Assembly (NCBI GenBank): GCA_947085185.1
Contig: CAMTVK010000003.1
Location: forward strand, 64,001-128,000
Direction of reading: 5' to 3'
Origin: Candidatus Fraserbacteria bacterium
GTDB taxonomy: Bacteria; Bipolaricaulota; Bipolaricaulia; RBG-16-55-9; DRXL01
Length of the DNA stretch: 64,000 nt
The translations under genes were made by a program, and so were the position numbers. Positions 47,932 to 56,469 of the stretch are shown one piece after another; the stretch's first letter is position 1, and each line of letters opens with the position of its first letter. Under the pieces are notes generated by a model. The model did no database searches. It had not been told where the DNA came from and saw nothing but the letters and a program-made list of their open reading frames with translations.

Positions 47932-49119
47932 ATGGAGAAGGTGCGCAAGTGGTTCACTGTTTCGGCCGTCTTGATGTTGATCTTGGTCTTTATCGTGGCT
48001 TTGGATAACTACAATCAAGAGTGGAAGCGCTATCAGCGGGCCTATCTCACGAAGGTCCTTACAGATAAAACTTTGGCCGAGAAGGGCTCGCTCTCGCTGC
48101 TCGATCGGCTCGTGATAGCGGTCAACGCTGAGATGAATCTTCAGATCAGAAAAGTCGTCACCGAGGTGGGGCGCAGCGCCGATCTGTGTATGACGTGTCA
48201 TGCCAACGTCGGCGTACCGGGGTTTACAGCCGAGCCCCTCAAAGATCTTTTGGAGACCCATAAAGCTATAAAAGTCATAGAGCAGATGCCGTTCGATCAA
48301 GTAGGGTGTACGGCGTGTCATGGGGGGAATGCTCTGGCGCTGCGTGCCGAGCCGGCGCATCACGAGATGCGGTCTCGCTTTGCCCAGATCTTTGAAGAGA
48401 GCGTGGAGCGATTGCGCTCAGAACGGTGGGCAGAGCGCCAGCGAGGGATCGAGCTCATTCGTTGGATGACTGCGAACGACTTTGGCTTTGTCTTCAACGC
48501 TCCCAAGGAGCAGCGCGAGCAAGCTCTCGCGCGCATTCTGGCGTGGTGGCAGCTCCACAAAGACACGTTCTTAGTCGAGGGCTTTGGGGAGCGCAGCTCG
48601 CCGTTCCGCACCGAAAACCCTCAAGCGAAGATAATCGAGCAGCGCACTGACGTCTCTCTCGCGGGCGAGCCGTTGCAGTTTGTCGGCTCGGCCACGTGCG
48701 TTGCGTGCCATGGACGCCCCGAAATCAGCGACGTCTACATCCCCGAATCGAGCAAGCGCCACGTCGAGATCTGGTTCAGGCCGGAGTTCATGACGAGCAA
48801 AAATATCGAAGAATTTAAAGATCATCCGTTTATAGACCAAGAGACGCTGAAGACCATGGACGTGACCTGCGAGGCGTGTCACGGTCCAGGGAGCGAATAC
48901 ACGAAGCTCATGCAGAAGGGGATGGCCCTCGAAGCCGCGGGCCAGAGCGTCGAAGCTGCTGCCCTTATCGGGAAGGCCAAAGAGCTTGCGCGGGCCAACG
49001 CCCGACAGAACATGAGCGAACATGACCCAGCCACCGGATACTCGCGCATTTGGGCGATCTTTGAAAGGCTGATCGAGAAGGCCCTCGCGGCCAAGGGACA
49101 GAACCGCCCCACCGAATAG
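47932..49119 (+). CDS. Membrane-anchored tetraheme cytochrome c
   Basis: N-terminal TM helix; CMTCH, CTACH, CVACH, CEACH. Confidence 0.9.
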   Translation: MEKVRKWFTVSAVLMLILVFIVALDNYNQEWKRYQRAYLTKVLTDKTLAEKGSLSLLDRLVIAVNAEMNLQIRKVVTEVGRSADLCMTCHANVGVPGFTAEPLKDLLETHKAIKVIEQMPFDQVGCTACHGGNALALRAEPAHHEMRSRFAQIFEESVERLRSERWAERQRGIELIRWMTANDFGFVFNAPKEQREQALARILAWWQLHKDTFLVEGFGERSSPFRTENPQAKIIEQRTDVSLAGEPLQFVGSATCVACHGRPEISDVYIPESSKRHVEIWFRPEFMTSKNIEEFKDHPFIDQETLKTMDVTCEACHGPGSEYTKLMQKGMALEAAGQSVEAAALIGKAKELARANARQNMSEHDPATGYSRIWAIFERLIEKALAAKGQNRPTE

Positions 49120-49124
49120 CTGTA

Positions 49125-49178
49125 TTGACAGGCGCCCCTGGATCTTTTAGAATAAGTCGGAGTCTTTTACTCGGAGTT
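49125..49178 (+). promoter_or_regulatory. Promoter and probable Rrf2 autoregulatory site
   Basis: TTGACA-17-TAGAAT, then GAGT-N5-ACTC resembling IscR type-1 sites. Confidence 0.6.
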
Positions 49179-49182
49179 GGAA

Positions 49183-49611
49183 ATGAGAGTGACACGCAAG
49201 AGCGATTATGGGCTACGGGCGTTGTGCACCCTTGCGCGCCACTATAACGGGGAGCCTGTCTCTATTGGGCAGCTTTCCGCAGAGCACAAGATTCCTGAAC
49301 CGTTCTTGGAGAAGATCATGCAAGAGCTGCGCGAGCACGGCTTGGTCGAAGCGACGCATGGGCGCGGCGGCGGATATCTGCTCAAGAGGAGCCCTTCGCG
49401 CATCTCGCTGCGCGAGATCGTGAAAGCTCTCGACGGCCCGATCGCGCTCGTGACGTGTTTGGACCCAGCCTTAAAGTGCTCCATCAAAGCGGGCTGCCCC
49501 ACAAGTTCTATCTGGGAGATTATTAACCAAAAGCTCGAGGAACATCTGGCTTCGCTGACGTTGGGCGATGTCGTCAATATGCACCACCCTGAACGGGTGA
49601 CCTCATCATGA
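49183..49611 (+). CDS. Rrf2 family (IscR-like) regulator
   Basis: DYGLRAL, GRGGGY, three Cys (C-x6-C-x5-C). Confidence 0.92.
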   Translation: MRVTRKSDYGLRALCTLARHYNGEPVSIGQLSAEHKIPEPFLEKIMQELREHGLVEATHGRGGGYLLKRSPSRISLREIVKALDGPIALVTCLDPALKCSIKAGCPTSSIWEIINQKLEEHLASLTLGDVVNMHHPERVTSS

Positions 49612-50654
49612 CGTTAGACGAGCGAGCCCGCGCAGCCTTACACACTATAGAGATTCCTCGCGCTCACCGACCGCTCAGCGATCTTGTGGAAGCTCTCTCT
49701 ATCGATGGAGAGGCTGTCCATGTGCGGCTGCGCTTGCTCCCCGCTTATGCGTCCAAATCTCAGCTCAAAGCCTGGGTCGAACAAGCATTCCAAGGTATTT
49801 CTGAGATCAAGACGGTGCACGTCGAATTTGCCCAGGCTCCACGACAGGCGCCTCGGCCCCGCCTCCTCCATCCCACACAGAAGCTGCACTTTCCCCAGAT
49901 CGCTCATATTGTTGCGATCTTTAGCGGCAAGGGCGGGGTAGGCAAAAGCACCGTCAGCGTCAATCTCGCTGTAGCGCTCGCGCAGTCAGGAGCGCACGTC
50001 GGGCTCTTTGACGCGGACGTGCACGGACCGAATATTCCTACGCTTCTGGGGCTGAAAGAGCCCCCCACAGTGAAAGCCGGAAAACTCATGCCCATCTTCA
50101 AATACGGCGTCCACGCTATGTCTATTGGGCTCTTAGTGGGCGGGGGAGATCCGCTCATCTGGCGCGGCCCGATGATCTCCAAAGCGATCAATGAGCTCTT
50201 AGAGAGCACGGCCTGGCCGGAGCTCGAGTATTTGATTATAGATCTCCCCCCAGGGACAGGCGACGCGCAGTTGGGCTTGGCTCAAGACCTAGAGCTTTCC
50301 GGGGCGATCGCTGTGACGACCCCCCAAGAAGTCGCGCTCTCCGATGTGCGCCGGGGCATTGGAGCTTTCCAGAAGCTGAATGTATCTATTGTTGGGCTCA
50401 TCGAGAACATGGCGTATTATATCTGTCCTCAGTGTGGGCACAAAGACTATATCTTTGGGCAAGGGGGTGGCGCCAGCGAAGCCCATAGACGCCAGATCCC
50501 GCTGTTGGGGCAGATCCCCCTCGATCCGAAGCTCCGCGAGAACGGCGACGCTGGGGTGCCTATTGTGATCGCGGCACCGTCGTCACCCACAGCTCAAGAG
50601 TTCACCAAGATCGCCCAGGCGCTCATCGAACGATGGAACACACACAAGGGGTGA
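49608..50654 (+). CDS. Mrp/ApbC Fe-S carrier ATPase
   Basis: GKGGVGKST, DADVHGP, WRGPM, DLPPGTGD, CPQC. Confidence 0.93.
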   Translation: MTLDERARAALHTIEIPRAHRPLSDLVEALSIDGEAVHVRLRLLPAYASKSQLKAWVEQAFQGISEIKTVHVEFAQAPRQAPRPRLLHPTQKLHFPQIAHIVAIFSGKGGVGKSTVSVNLAVALAQSGAHVGLFDADVHGPNIPTLLGLKEPPTVKAGKLMPIFKYGVHAMSIGLLVGGGDPLIWRGPMISKAINELLESTAWPELEYLIIDLPPGTGDAQLGLAQDLELSGAIAVTTPQEVALSDVRRGIGAFQKLNVSIVGLIENMAYYICPQCGHKDYIFGQGGGASEAHRRQIPLLGQIPLDPKLRENGDAGVPIVIAAPSSPTAQEFTKIAQALIERWNTHKG

Positions 50655-50660
50655 CCACCA

Positions 50661-50966
50661 ATGACCGCTGACGATATCCGCGAGGTGATCCGCGAGAACG
50701 TCTTCGACCCGGAGCTGGGCTACAACGTCGTGGATTTGGGGTTGCTCTACGACGTCGACATCCGCGACGACAAGACCGTGCGTCTGGAGATGACATTGAC
50801 GACTGTAGGCTGCCCGCTCTACGAGCAGATCCAAGCTGACTGTGAGCGTGCGATCAAGGAACGCTTTGGGGAGGACGTCACCGTTGAGGTCGATTTCGTC
50901 TTCGATCCGCCGTGGAGCCCAGAGATGATGTCGGAAGAGATCCGCGCGGAGATGGGATTTATCTAG
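50661..50966 (+). CDS. DUF59/SufT metal-sulfur cluster assembly factor
   Basis: DPELGYNVVDLGL, TLTTVGCP, FDPPWSPEMMS. Confidence 0.92.
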   Translation: MTADDIREVIRENVFDPELGYNVVDLGLLYDVDIRDDKTVRLEMTLTTVGCPLYEQIQADCERAIKERFGEDVTVEVDFVFDPPWSPEMMSEEIRAEMGFI

Positions 50967-51599
50967 ATGGCTCGCTGTGTCTATTGTGGGAAGCGGGTGG
51001 GCAAGCGTGCTTGCCCGGCGCTGGGAGGGCTGATCTGTCCGTCATGCTGTGGGCAGCATCGCGGGATCGACATCAGCTGTCCGATCAGCTGCAAATATTT
51101 CAAGGCGCATGAGAGCTATCAGCGCGATCGGCTCGCCGACGAATTCCACGCCCTGTGGCGTGAGAAGACCGAATCCCTCTATAAAGCTGGCAAGGAGCGC
51201 GTGATCGATCTCATCGTCATGATAGAGATGCTGATCTATCAGTTCTATCGGGAGCGGGCCTTGGGCACAGACACCGATGTGCTCGAGGCGCTCGAAGCGC
51301 TCCGACGTCGGTTCAGCCCAGTGATGGTCATCGAGGCGGGGAGCACCGCGTTAGCTGCTCACATATGGCACGGCCTGCAAGAGTTTAAAGAATCCCTGAC
51401 TCCTGAAGAGGCCTCCGAGAGCTTAGAGAAGAGCTTGGAGATCTTCAGAGCCTACACGGACGCAACGCATCCCAGAAAGTATCTGCACGGGCTTTTGGGG
51501 CACGTCGCGCGATATTTTCAGCTTCCTCCGGAGATGACCACCAGCCCATCCCTCATTGCTACCCCGCAGATCGTCACGCCTCCTACTGCCAGGGGATGA
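50967..51599 (+). CDS. Cys-rich (Zn/Fe-finger-like) hypothetical protein
   Basis: CVYC...CPA...ICPSCC...CPISC. Confidence 0.7.
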   Translation: MARCVYCGKRVGKRACPALGGLICPSCCGQHRGIDISCPISCKYFKAHESYQRDRLADEFHALWREKTESLYKAGKERVIDLIVMIEMLIYQFYRERALGTDTDVLEALEALRRRFSPVMVIEAGSTALAAHIWHGLQEFKESLTPEEASESLEKSLEIFRAYTDATHPRKYLHGLLGHVARYFQLPPEMTTSPSLIATPQIVTPPTARG

Positions 51600-52635
51600 C
51601 CCATTCCCACTGGGGCCCACGGAAGTACTGTCCAATAATAATGAGCGCGATCGCCGCTCCTATTAAGAAGACAAAGAGCGCTGTAGTCACCGGGCGGTCC
51701 CGCAGACGACGTCCCGGGGGCTTGCTCTTGTCTTTTCTCCAGAACTCCAGATAGGGCTCAATATAGGGGATCGCGATCAAGATCAAAATAAAGAGCGTGG
51801 GCGCGATCACGCCCCCAAGAGCCACGCTTGTCAGCGGCCCAATATTGGGAGAAATTGCTAACAGCTCTTGGATGCCCACAAAGTACCAAGGGGCTTTCTC
51901 GGGATTGGGCGTGAACGATGGGGTCGCCGGTTCTTGGAGTGGGGCATCGCGGAAGACTGAATAGATCCCAAGCCCCGCCGTCAATACAAACAGAATCGTA
52001 AACGCTACATAGAGAAAGTACGGATAGGTGATGATCTCTTCTTCTTCGGTGGGGAGGCGCTTGGCGAACGCTTCGAGGATCTTCTGGACTTTTTCGTGGG
52101 TGAGCTCAAACTGGGTTGGGATCTCTTTGGTCTTCTGCTCTTTGGAGACGTAGCTAAAGATCGTATAGAGAGCTTCAAAGTCTGAGGGGTCGCCGCCGCC
52201 ATCGAGCAAGGCTTCCACGCGATTGCTCAAGTCTTTGAGTCTCTTCACGGTCAGCGTCTGTCTGGAGGGCAGCTGGCGCAACGGGATCTTCTCGGCAGCG
52301 TAAGCCAAGACATCTCTCACGAGCCCTGGCTCGATCTGAAGAGCTTCGGCGACTTCGTAGCCTGGGATTTCTATCTCTATCTCTTGGGTGACGTTGATTT
52401 GACATGAGAGCCGCCAGCCCTGGCTGAGCTGCTCTTCGCCCAGGACGTCGAGCTCATTTTGATTGGGCTCTCCTCCGCCCTTGAAGACTCTGACGGCACA
52501 GGTCGAGCACTGCCCCTGGCCTCCGCACGTCGCAGGGAGTTGATCATCATAGCGATGCTCTTGAATGAGCTTTAAGAGATTGGTCCCTGGTCGGACGTCA
52601 AATTCTTTCTGGCCAAGAATGACGACCTTGGGCAT
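51583..52635 (-). CDS. [2Fe-2S] ferredoxin domain fused to cytochrome b subunit IV (PetD-like)
   Basis: CGGQGQCSTC...RLSCQ; C-terminal PLQEPATPSFTPNPEKAPWYF followed by TM helices. Confidence 0.85.
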   Translation of the reverse strand: MPKVVILGQKEFDVRPGTNLLKLIQEHRYDDQLPATCGGQGQCSTCAVRVFKGGGEPNQNELDVLGEEQLSQGWRLSCQINVTQEIEIEIPGYEVAEALQIEPGLVRDVLAYAAEKIPLRQLPSRQTLTVKRLKDLSNRVEALLDGGGDPSDFEALYTIFSYVSKEQKTKEIPTQFELTHEKVQKILEAFAKRLPTEEEEIITYPYFLYVAFTILFVLTAGLGIYSVFRDAPLQEPATPSFTPNPEKAPWYFVGIQELLAISPNIGPLTSVALGGVIAPTLFILILIAIPYIEPYLEFWRKDKSKPPGRRLRDRPVTTALFVFLIGAAIALIIIGQYFRGPQWEWVIPWQ

Positions 52636-52636
52636 A

Positions 52637-53266
52637 CTAGCTGGGGTTCACCCCTGCCTTGGCGGCTTGTTTGAGTCTCTCTAAGACGGGCGTGCCGCCG
52701 GGGTAGCACCCATCGAGCTTGGCTTTGCCGGCGACGACAGCCTCCGCAAAATCCTCGCACGTGGGATACCCGCAGGCCAGACAATCAAAGCCGGGCAAGA
52801 CCGCGCGGAGCTTGGCCGCCGCGGGCGAGAGCGCTGGAGCTTTGGGAGCTTCAGGAGCTTGCTCGACCTTGGGCCAGGACATGACTAACGGCTTAAAGAG
52901 CTCGATCACAAGATCGCTCTTCATCGAGATCTGGCATGATAAGACCCAGCCCTCCTTGCGCAGCTTATCGCTGAGGGGGCCGAGCATCGCCGGGGTGATC
53001 TGCTCTGGAGCCAGCCCTTCTAAGACTTTGACGCGGCAGGTCGCGCACGTGCCCTTGCCGCCGCACTGCGCGAACAGATCATACCCGGCTTTTTTGAGGG
53101 CTTGCATCAGGTTCTGCTCCAGGGGTAAGACCAGCTCATTGCCGTCGTTGACGATCTTGACGCGTGCCTCTCCCTCAGCTGTGAGCACATTCTTTAATAT
53201 CCCTAACACAAGAGCTACCGAGATGGCCATCAGGGCCATCGTCGCTACTGGTACGAGATAGACCAT
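52637..53266 (-). CDS. RnfB substitute: TM helix, NqrF-like [2Fe-2S] domain and RnfB-type FeS domain
   Basis: CGGKGTCATC...LSCQ; LPGFDCLACGYPTC...CYPG. Confidence 0.8.
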   Translation of the reverse strand: MVYLVPVATMALMAISVALVLGILKNVLTAEGEARVKIVNDGNELVLPLEQNLMQALKKAGYDLFAQCGGKGTCATCRVKVLEGLAPEQITPAMLGPLSDKLRKEGWVLSCQISMKSDLVIELFKPLVMSWPKVEQAPEAPKAPALSPAAAKLRAVLPGFDCLACGYPTCEDFAEAVVAGKAKLDGCYPGGTPVLERLKQAAKAGVNPS

Positions 53267-53293
53267 AAGATCACAAGCTATGAGCTTGGTTTT

Positions 53294-53890
53294 TCATCCT
53301 CCAAAGTCGCGAATATTGATCATTCCCGAAAAGCCCACGAAGCTCATGGCCATGAGGCCCGCAATGATCAGGGCGATCCCTGGGCCTTTGAGCCCCTCAG
53401 GGATGGGAGCAAAGCGCAGGCGCTCTCTCATAGCCGCCATCAAGATGATCGCCAAAGCCCAACCGACGCCCCCGCCAAACCCAAACGCCACGCTCTCGAG
53501 AAACCCCAAATTCCATGTGGCTAACGCGAAGAGCACCCCGCCCAGAATCGCACAATTCACTGTGATCAAGGGCAAGAAGATCCCTAAAGAGTTATACAAA
53601 GCCGGGAGAAAGCGCTTCATGAACATCTCCACGGCCTGGACCAAGAACGCGATCGTCACAATATAGACGATGAGCGACAGATATCCTACTCCCAAGGGAT
53701 CGAGCACAAAGTGCTTGATGAGCCAATTGGCAGGCAGGGTCATGGTCAGCACGAAGATCACCGCCATGCCCATCCCCGACGCCGATGCGTATTCGCCCGA
53801 GACGCCAATGAACGGACAGATTCCCAAGAACGTCGTGAGCAAGATATTATTCGTGAGGATCGCGCCAAGCACAATGAGAAAGATGTCCAT
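53294..53890 (-). CDS. rnfA: Rnf complex subunit A
   Basis: NNILL..FLGICP, LGIFLPLITVNCAILG. Confidence 0.9.
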   Translation of the reverse strand: MDIFLIVLGAILTNNILLTTFLGICPFIGVSGEYASASGMGMAVIFVLTMTLPANWLIKHFVLDPLGVGYLSLIVYIVTIAFLVQAVEMFMKRFLPALYNSLGIFLPLITVNCAILGGVLFALATWNLGFLESVAFGFGGGVGWALAIILMAAMRERLRFAPIPEGLKGPGIALIIAGLMAMSFVGFSGMINIRDFGG

Positions 53891-53893
53891 AAG

Positions 53894-54574
53894 CTACGCG
53901 CCTCCTCCGATCTGGCCGCCGGGGGAGAAGTGCCTTACGATCCCGACATACAGCCCCACAAGTAAGAACGCCCCCGCCGGGATGATCATGATGACCCAGG
54001 GAGTCCAGCCGCTGAAGATCTGAATCCCGAACAAGCTGCCAAAGCCCAAGAGCTCCCGAACGATGCCGAGTATCGTCAGGGACATCGTGAACCCTAGCCC
54101 GACGCCGATAGCGTCGAGCGCCGACAGTCCTGGGCCGTTTTGGCTGGCGAACGCTTCGGCTCGTCCCAGCACGAAACAGTTCGTAATGATCAATGGGACG
54201 TAAGGCCCAAGCGCTGCCGACAGCGGCGGCAGATACGCGCGCAAGAAGATATCGACGATCGTTACCCAGAACGCAATGATGATCATATACGCGGGCAGGC
54301 GCACTTCCGCGGGGATAACGGTGCGGAGAGCTGCTACGGTGGCGCTTGAGGCCACGGTCGCGATCAGCGTCGCAAGCCCTTGGGCCATGCCGTTCATGGC
54401 CATGTTCGTCGCGCCCATGGTGGGGCACATCGCCAAGATCATCCGGAAAGTTGGGTTGTCGTCCCAGATATCGCGAACGAGTTCCTTCCACCCTTTGGTC
54501 TGGGGCAGCCGCTGGGGGAACGGAATAGCCGGCGCTGATGCGCGTTGCATCACTGCTGTCTTCACTTCTGCCAT
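53894..54574 (-). CDS. rnfE: Rnf complex subunit E
   Basis: NPTF..ILAMCP, PLIITNCFVLGRAEAFA, RELLGFG. Confidence 0.9.
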   Translation of the reverse strand: MAEVKTAVMQRASAPAIPFPQRLPQTKGWKELVRDIWDDNPTFRMILAMCPTMGATNMAMNGMAQGLATLIATVASSATVAALRTVIPAEVRLPAYMIIIAFWVTIVDIFLRAYLPPLSAALGPYVPLIITNCFVLGRAEAFASQNGPGLSALDAIGVGLGFTMSLTILGIVRELLGFGSLFGIQIFSGWTPWVIMIIPAGAFLLVGLYVGIVRHFSPGGQIGGGA

Positions 54575-54648
54575 CCGCCTCAACTCCTTCTGACTGCGCT
54601 GAGGTCAGTCATAAAAAAGCATACTAAAACTGTCCGATTTTTTCAAGG

Positions 54649-55347
54649 TCATCGCTTTTTCTCTAGAATTTTTCGCAAGTTCGCGATCGCCTGGTTGAGC
54701 AGATCTCGCACCGTCGTGGACGTATACGTAGCCCCGGTGATGGCGTCAAACTGATTGGGGGCTTTGGGGGAGCTGGGATCGCGGAACTTCACAAACTCGA
54801 TGCGCGGCTCGGTCTTCATCCCTTTGAATTGGCTCCAAAATTTCTCTTCGGTCATGCGGAAGCCCAACCCTGGGGTCTCGCCGATCTCGAACGTCACGAC
54901 ATGCGCCCCGATAATCTCTGACAGATCGGGCTTGAGCGCCACTTGCATGGCGACGAGTCCCTGAAAGCCGCTGCCTTGGATGCGAATAACGTACGCTGAG
55001 AGCTCCCCGCCGATCTTGTCTTTGTAGACCTTCCAGTACGTAAAGCTATCGGCCTTGACCTCCTCGATGTGCTCTTTGAAGTACTGATCTATTTGGGCGG
55101 GGGAGAGCACAGGCAGCCCCTCTTGGGGGAAGAGCTCGTCAGCAGAGTACTCGCCCAGCGCCACAAGGATGCTCGAGCGCAGGCGGGCCTTGGCGTTCGC
55201 TTCAATAGTTGCTTTCGTCACTTCATTGACCACTGCGAGCAGTCCCCCCGCTATGGCGGCGATCGCTGTCAGCACCACGATCATGCGCCACTCGTGAGGC
55301 CCGATCAGCTTCTTCTTTCTCTTTTGGGGTTGTGCTGGCTCAGCCAT
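54649..55347 (-). CDS. rnfG: Rnf complex subunit G (FMN-binding)
   Basis: TM helix, ETPGLG, DAITGATYTS. Confidence 0.9.
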   Translation of the reverse strand: MAEPAQPQKRKKKLIGPHEWRMIVVLTAIAAIAGGLLAVVNEVTKATIEANAKARLRSSILVALGEYSADELFPQEGLPVLSPAQIDQYFKEHIEEVKADSFTYWKVYKDKIGGELSAYVIRIQGSGFQGLVAMQVALKPDLSEIIGAHVVTFEIGETPGLGFRMTEEKFWSQFKGMKTEPRIEFVKFRDPSSPKAPNQFDAITGATYTSTTVRDLLNQAIANLRKILEKKR

Positions 55348-55353
55348 ACAAGA

Positions 55354-56469
55354 TCACCTCTTTTGGAGAGCTGGCGCCGAGAAGCTCTTGGGGATCGTGA
55401 ATCTGTCAATCAACGGCGTGAACATATTGCCAATTAAAATAGCGAACGTCACCCACTCGGCATAGCCGGTCAGCCCACGCCCCAGTACCGTCAACACTCC
55501 CAACATTATACCGAAGATCCATCGTCCGCGGACGGTCATAGGGCTCGTGACAGGATCGGTCGCATTGAGAAATGCCGCAAAGAGCAAGCCCCCACTGAGC
55601 ACGGCGTAGATCCCATCAGGGAATCTCACAGGATTGATAAAGCTGAGAAACTGCGAAGTCAGCCCAGCAGTAACGATCATAACTATTGAGACGCGCCAGT
55701 CAATGATCCGTGCATATAAGAGATAGAGTCCGCCTAGGAGAACGAGCAGGGCCGAAGTCGCTCCCAGGACATCCGCCCGACCAAAGCCCGTCACGAGCGT
55801 AAAGAGCTCGGGATTGGCAATGTCTGGGGAGTTGAACGCCCCCAAGGGGGTCGCCTTGGCGATGGCGTCTATGCCCTTTACTGATTCGGGAGACCAATGC
55901 ACAAAACCTCCAAGTCCGTCCGTCAACGGGTTGAAGGGCATGTACCAGCGCGTTGTCATAGCCGACGGGAACGCTAAGAGTAAAAACGCCCGCCCGCTGA
56001 TCGCCGGGTTGAAGATATTATATCCCGACCCGCCGAAGAGTTCTTTGACCCCAATGGCGAAGAAGATCCCCATCGCGACCATCCACAGGGGCAGCGTTGG
56101 GGGCAGCGAGAGCGCATAGAGAATGCATGTCACCAGCAGACCCTCGGTGATCTCGTGGCGCCGGACTGCACAGAAAGTAAACTCGACAGCCATCCCGACA
56201 AGATAAGTCACTACGATGATCGCCAGGGCACGCCATCCGTAAAAGTAGATGCTCGCCAGGGCCAGAGGGATGCAGACGAGTATAGGAGAGCCCATGTAGC
56301 GTTGCATTCCCAAGGCGTCCCGAATATAGGGGGCTTGGCGAGCTGGCTTATCGCTGCCGCCGAAGATCGAATCTTTGAGACCCTCCCATAGGATAGCCAA
56401 GCCCTCGGCACGGCGGGCGTGGAGGTCGCGATGCACCCTCTCGAAGAAATTATAGATCTTGTCTTTCAT
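55354..56469 (-). CDS. rnfD: Rnf complex subunit D
   Basis: KELFGGSGYNIFNPA, ATPL, ATDPVTSP, ILIGNMFTPLID. Confidence 0.9.
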   Translation of the reverse strand: MKDKIYNFFERVHRDLHARRAEGLAILWEGLKDSIFGGSDKPARQAPYIRDALGMQRYMGSPILVCIPLALASIYFYGWRALAIIVVTYLVGMAVEFTFCAVRRHEITEGLLVTCILYALSLPPTLPLWMVAMGIFFAIGVKELFGGSGYNIFNPAISGRAFLLLAFPSAMTTRWYMPFNPLTDGLGGFVHWSPESVKGIDAIAKATPLGAFNSPDIANPELFTLVTGFGRADVLGATSALLVLLGGLYLLYARIIDWRVSIVMIVTAGLTSQFLSFINPVRFPDGIYAVLSGGLLFAAFLNATDPVTSPMTVRGRWIFGIMLGVLTVLGRGLTGYAEWVTFAILIGNMFTPLIDRFTIPKSFSAPALQKR

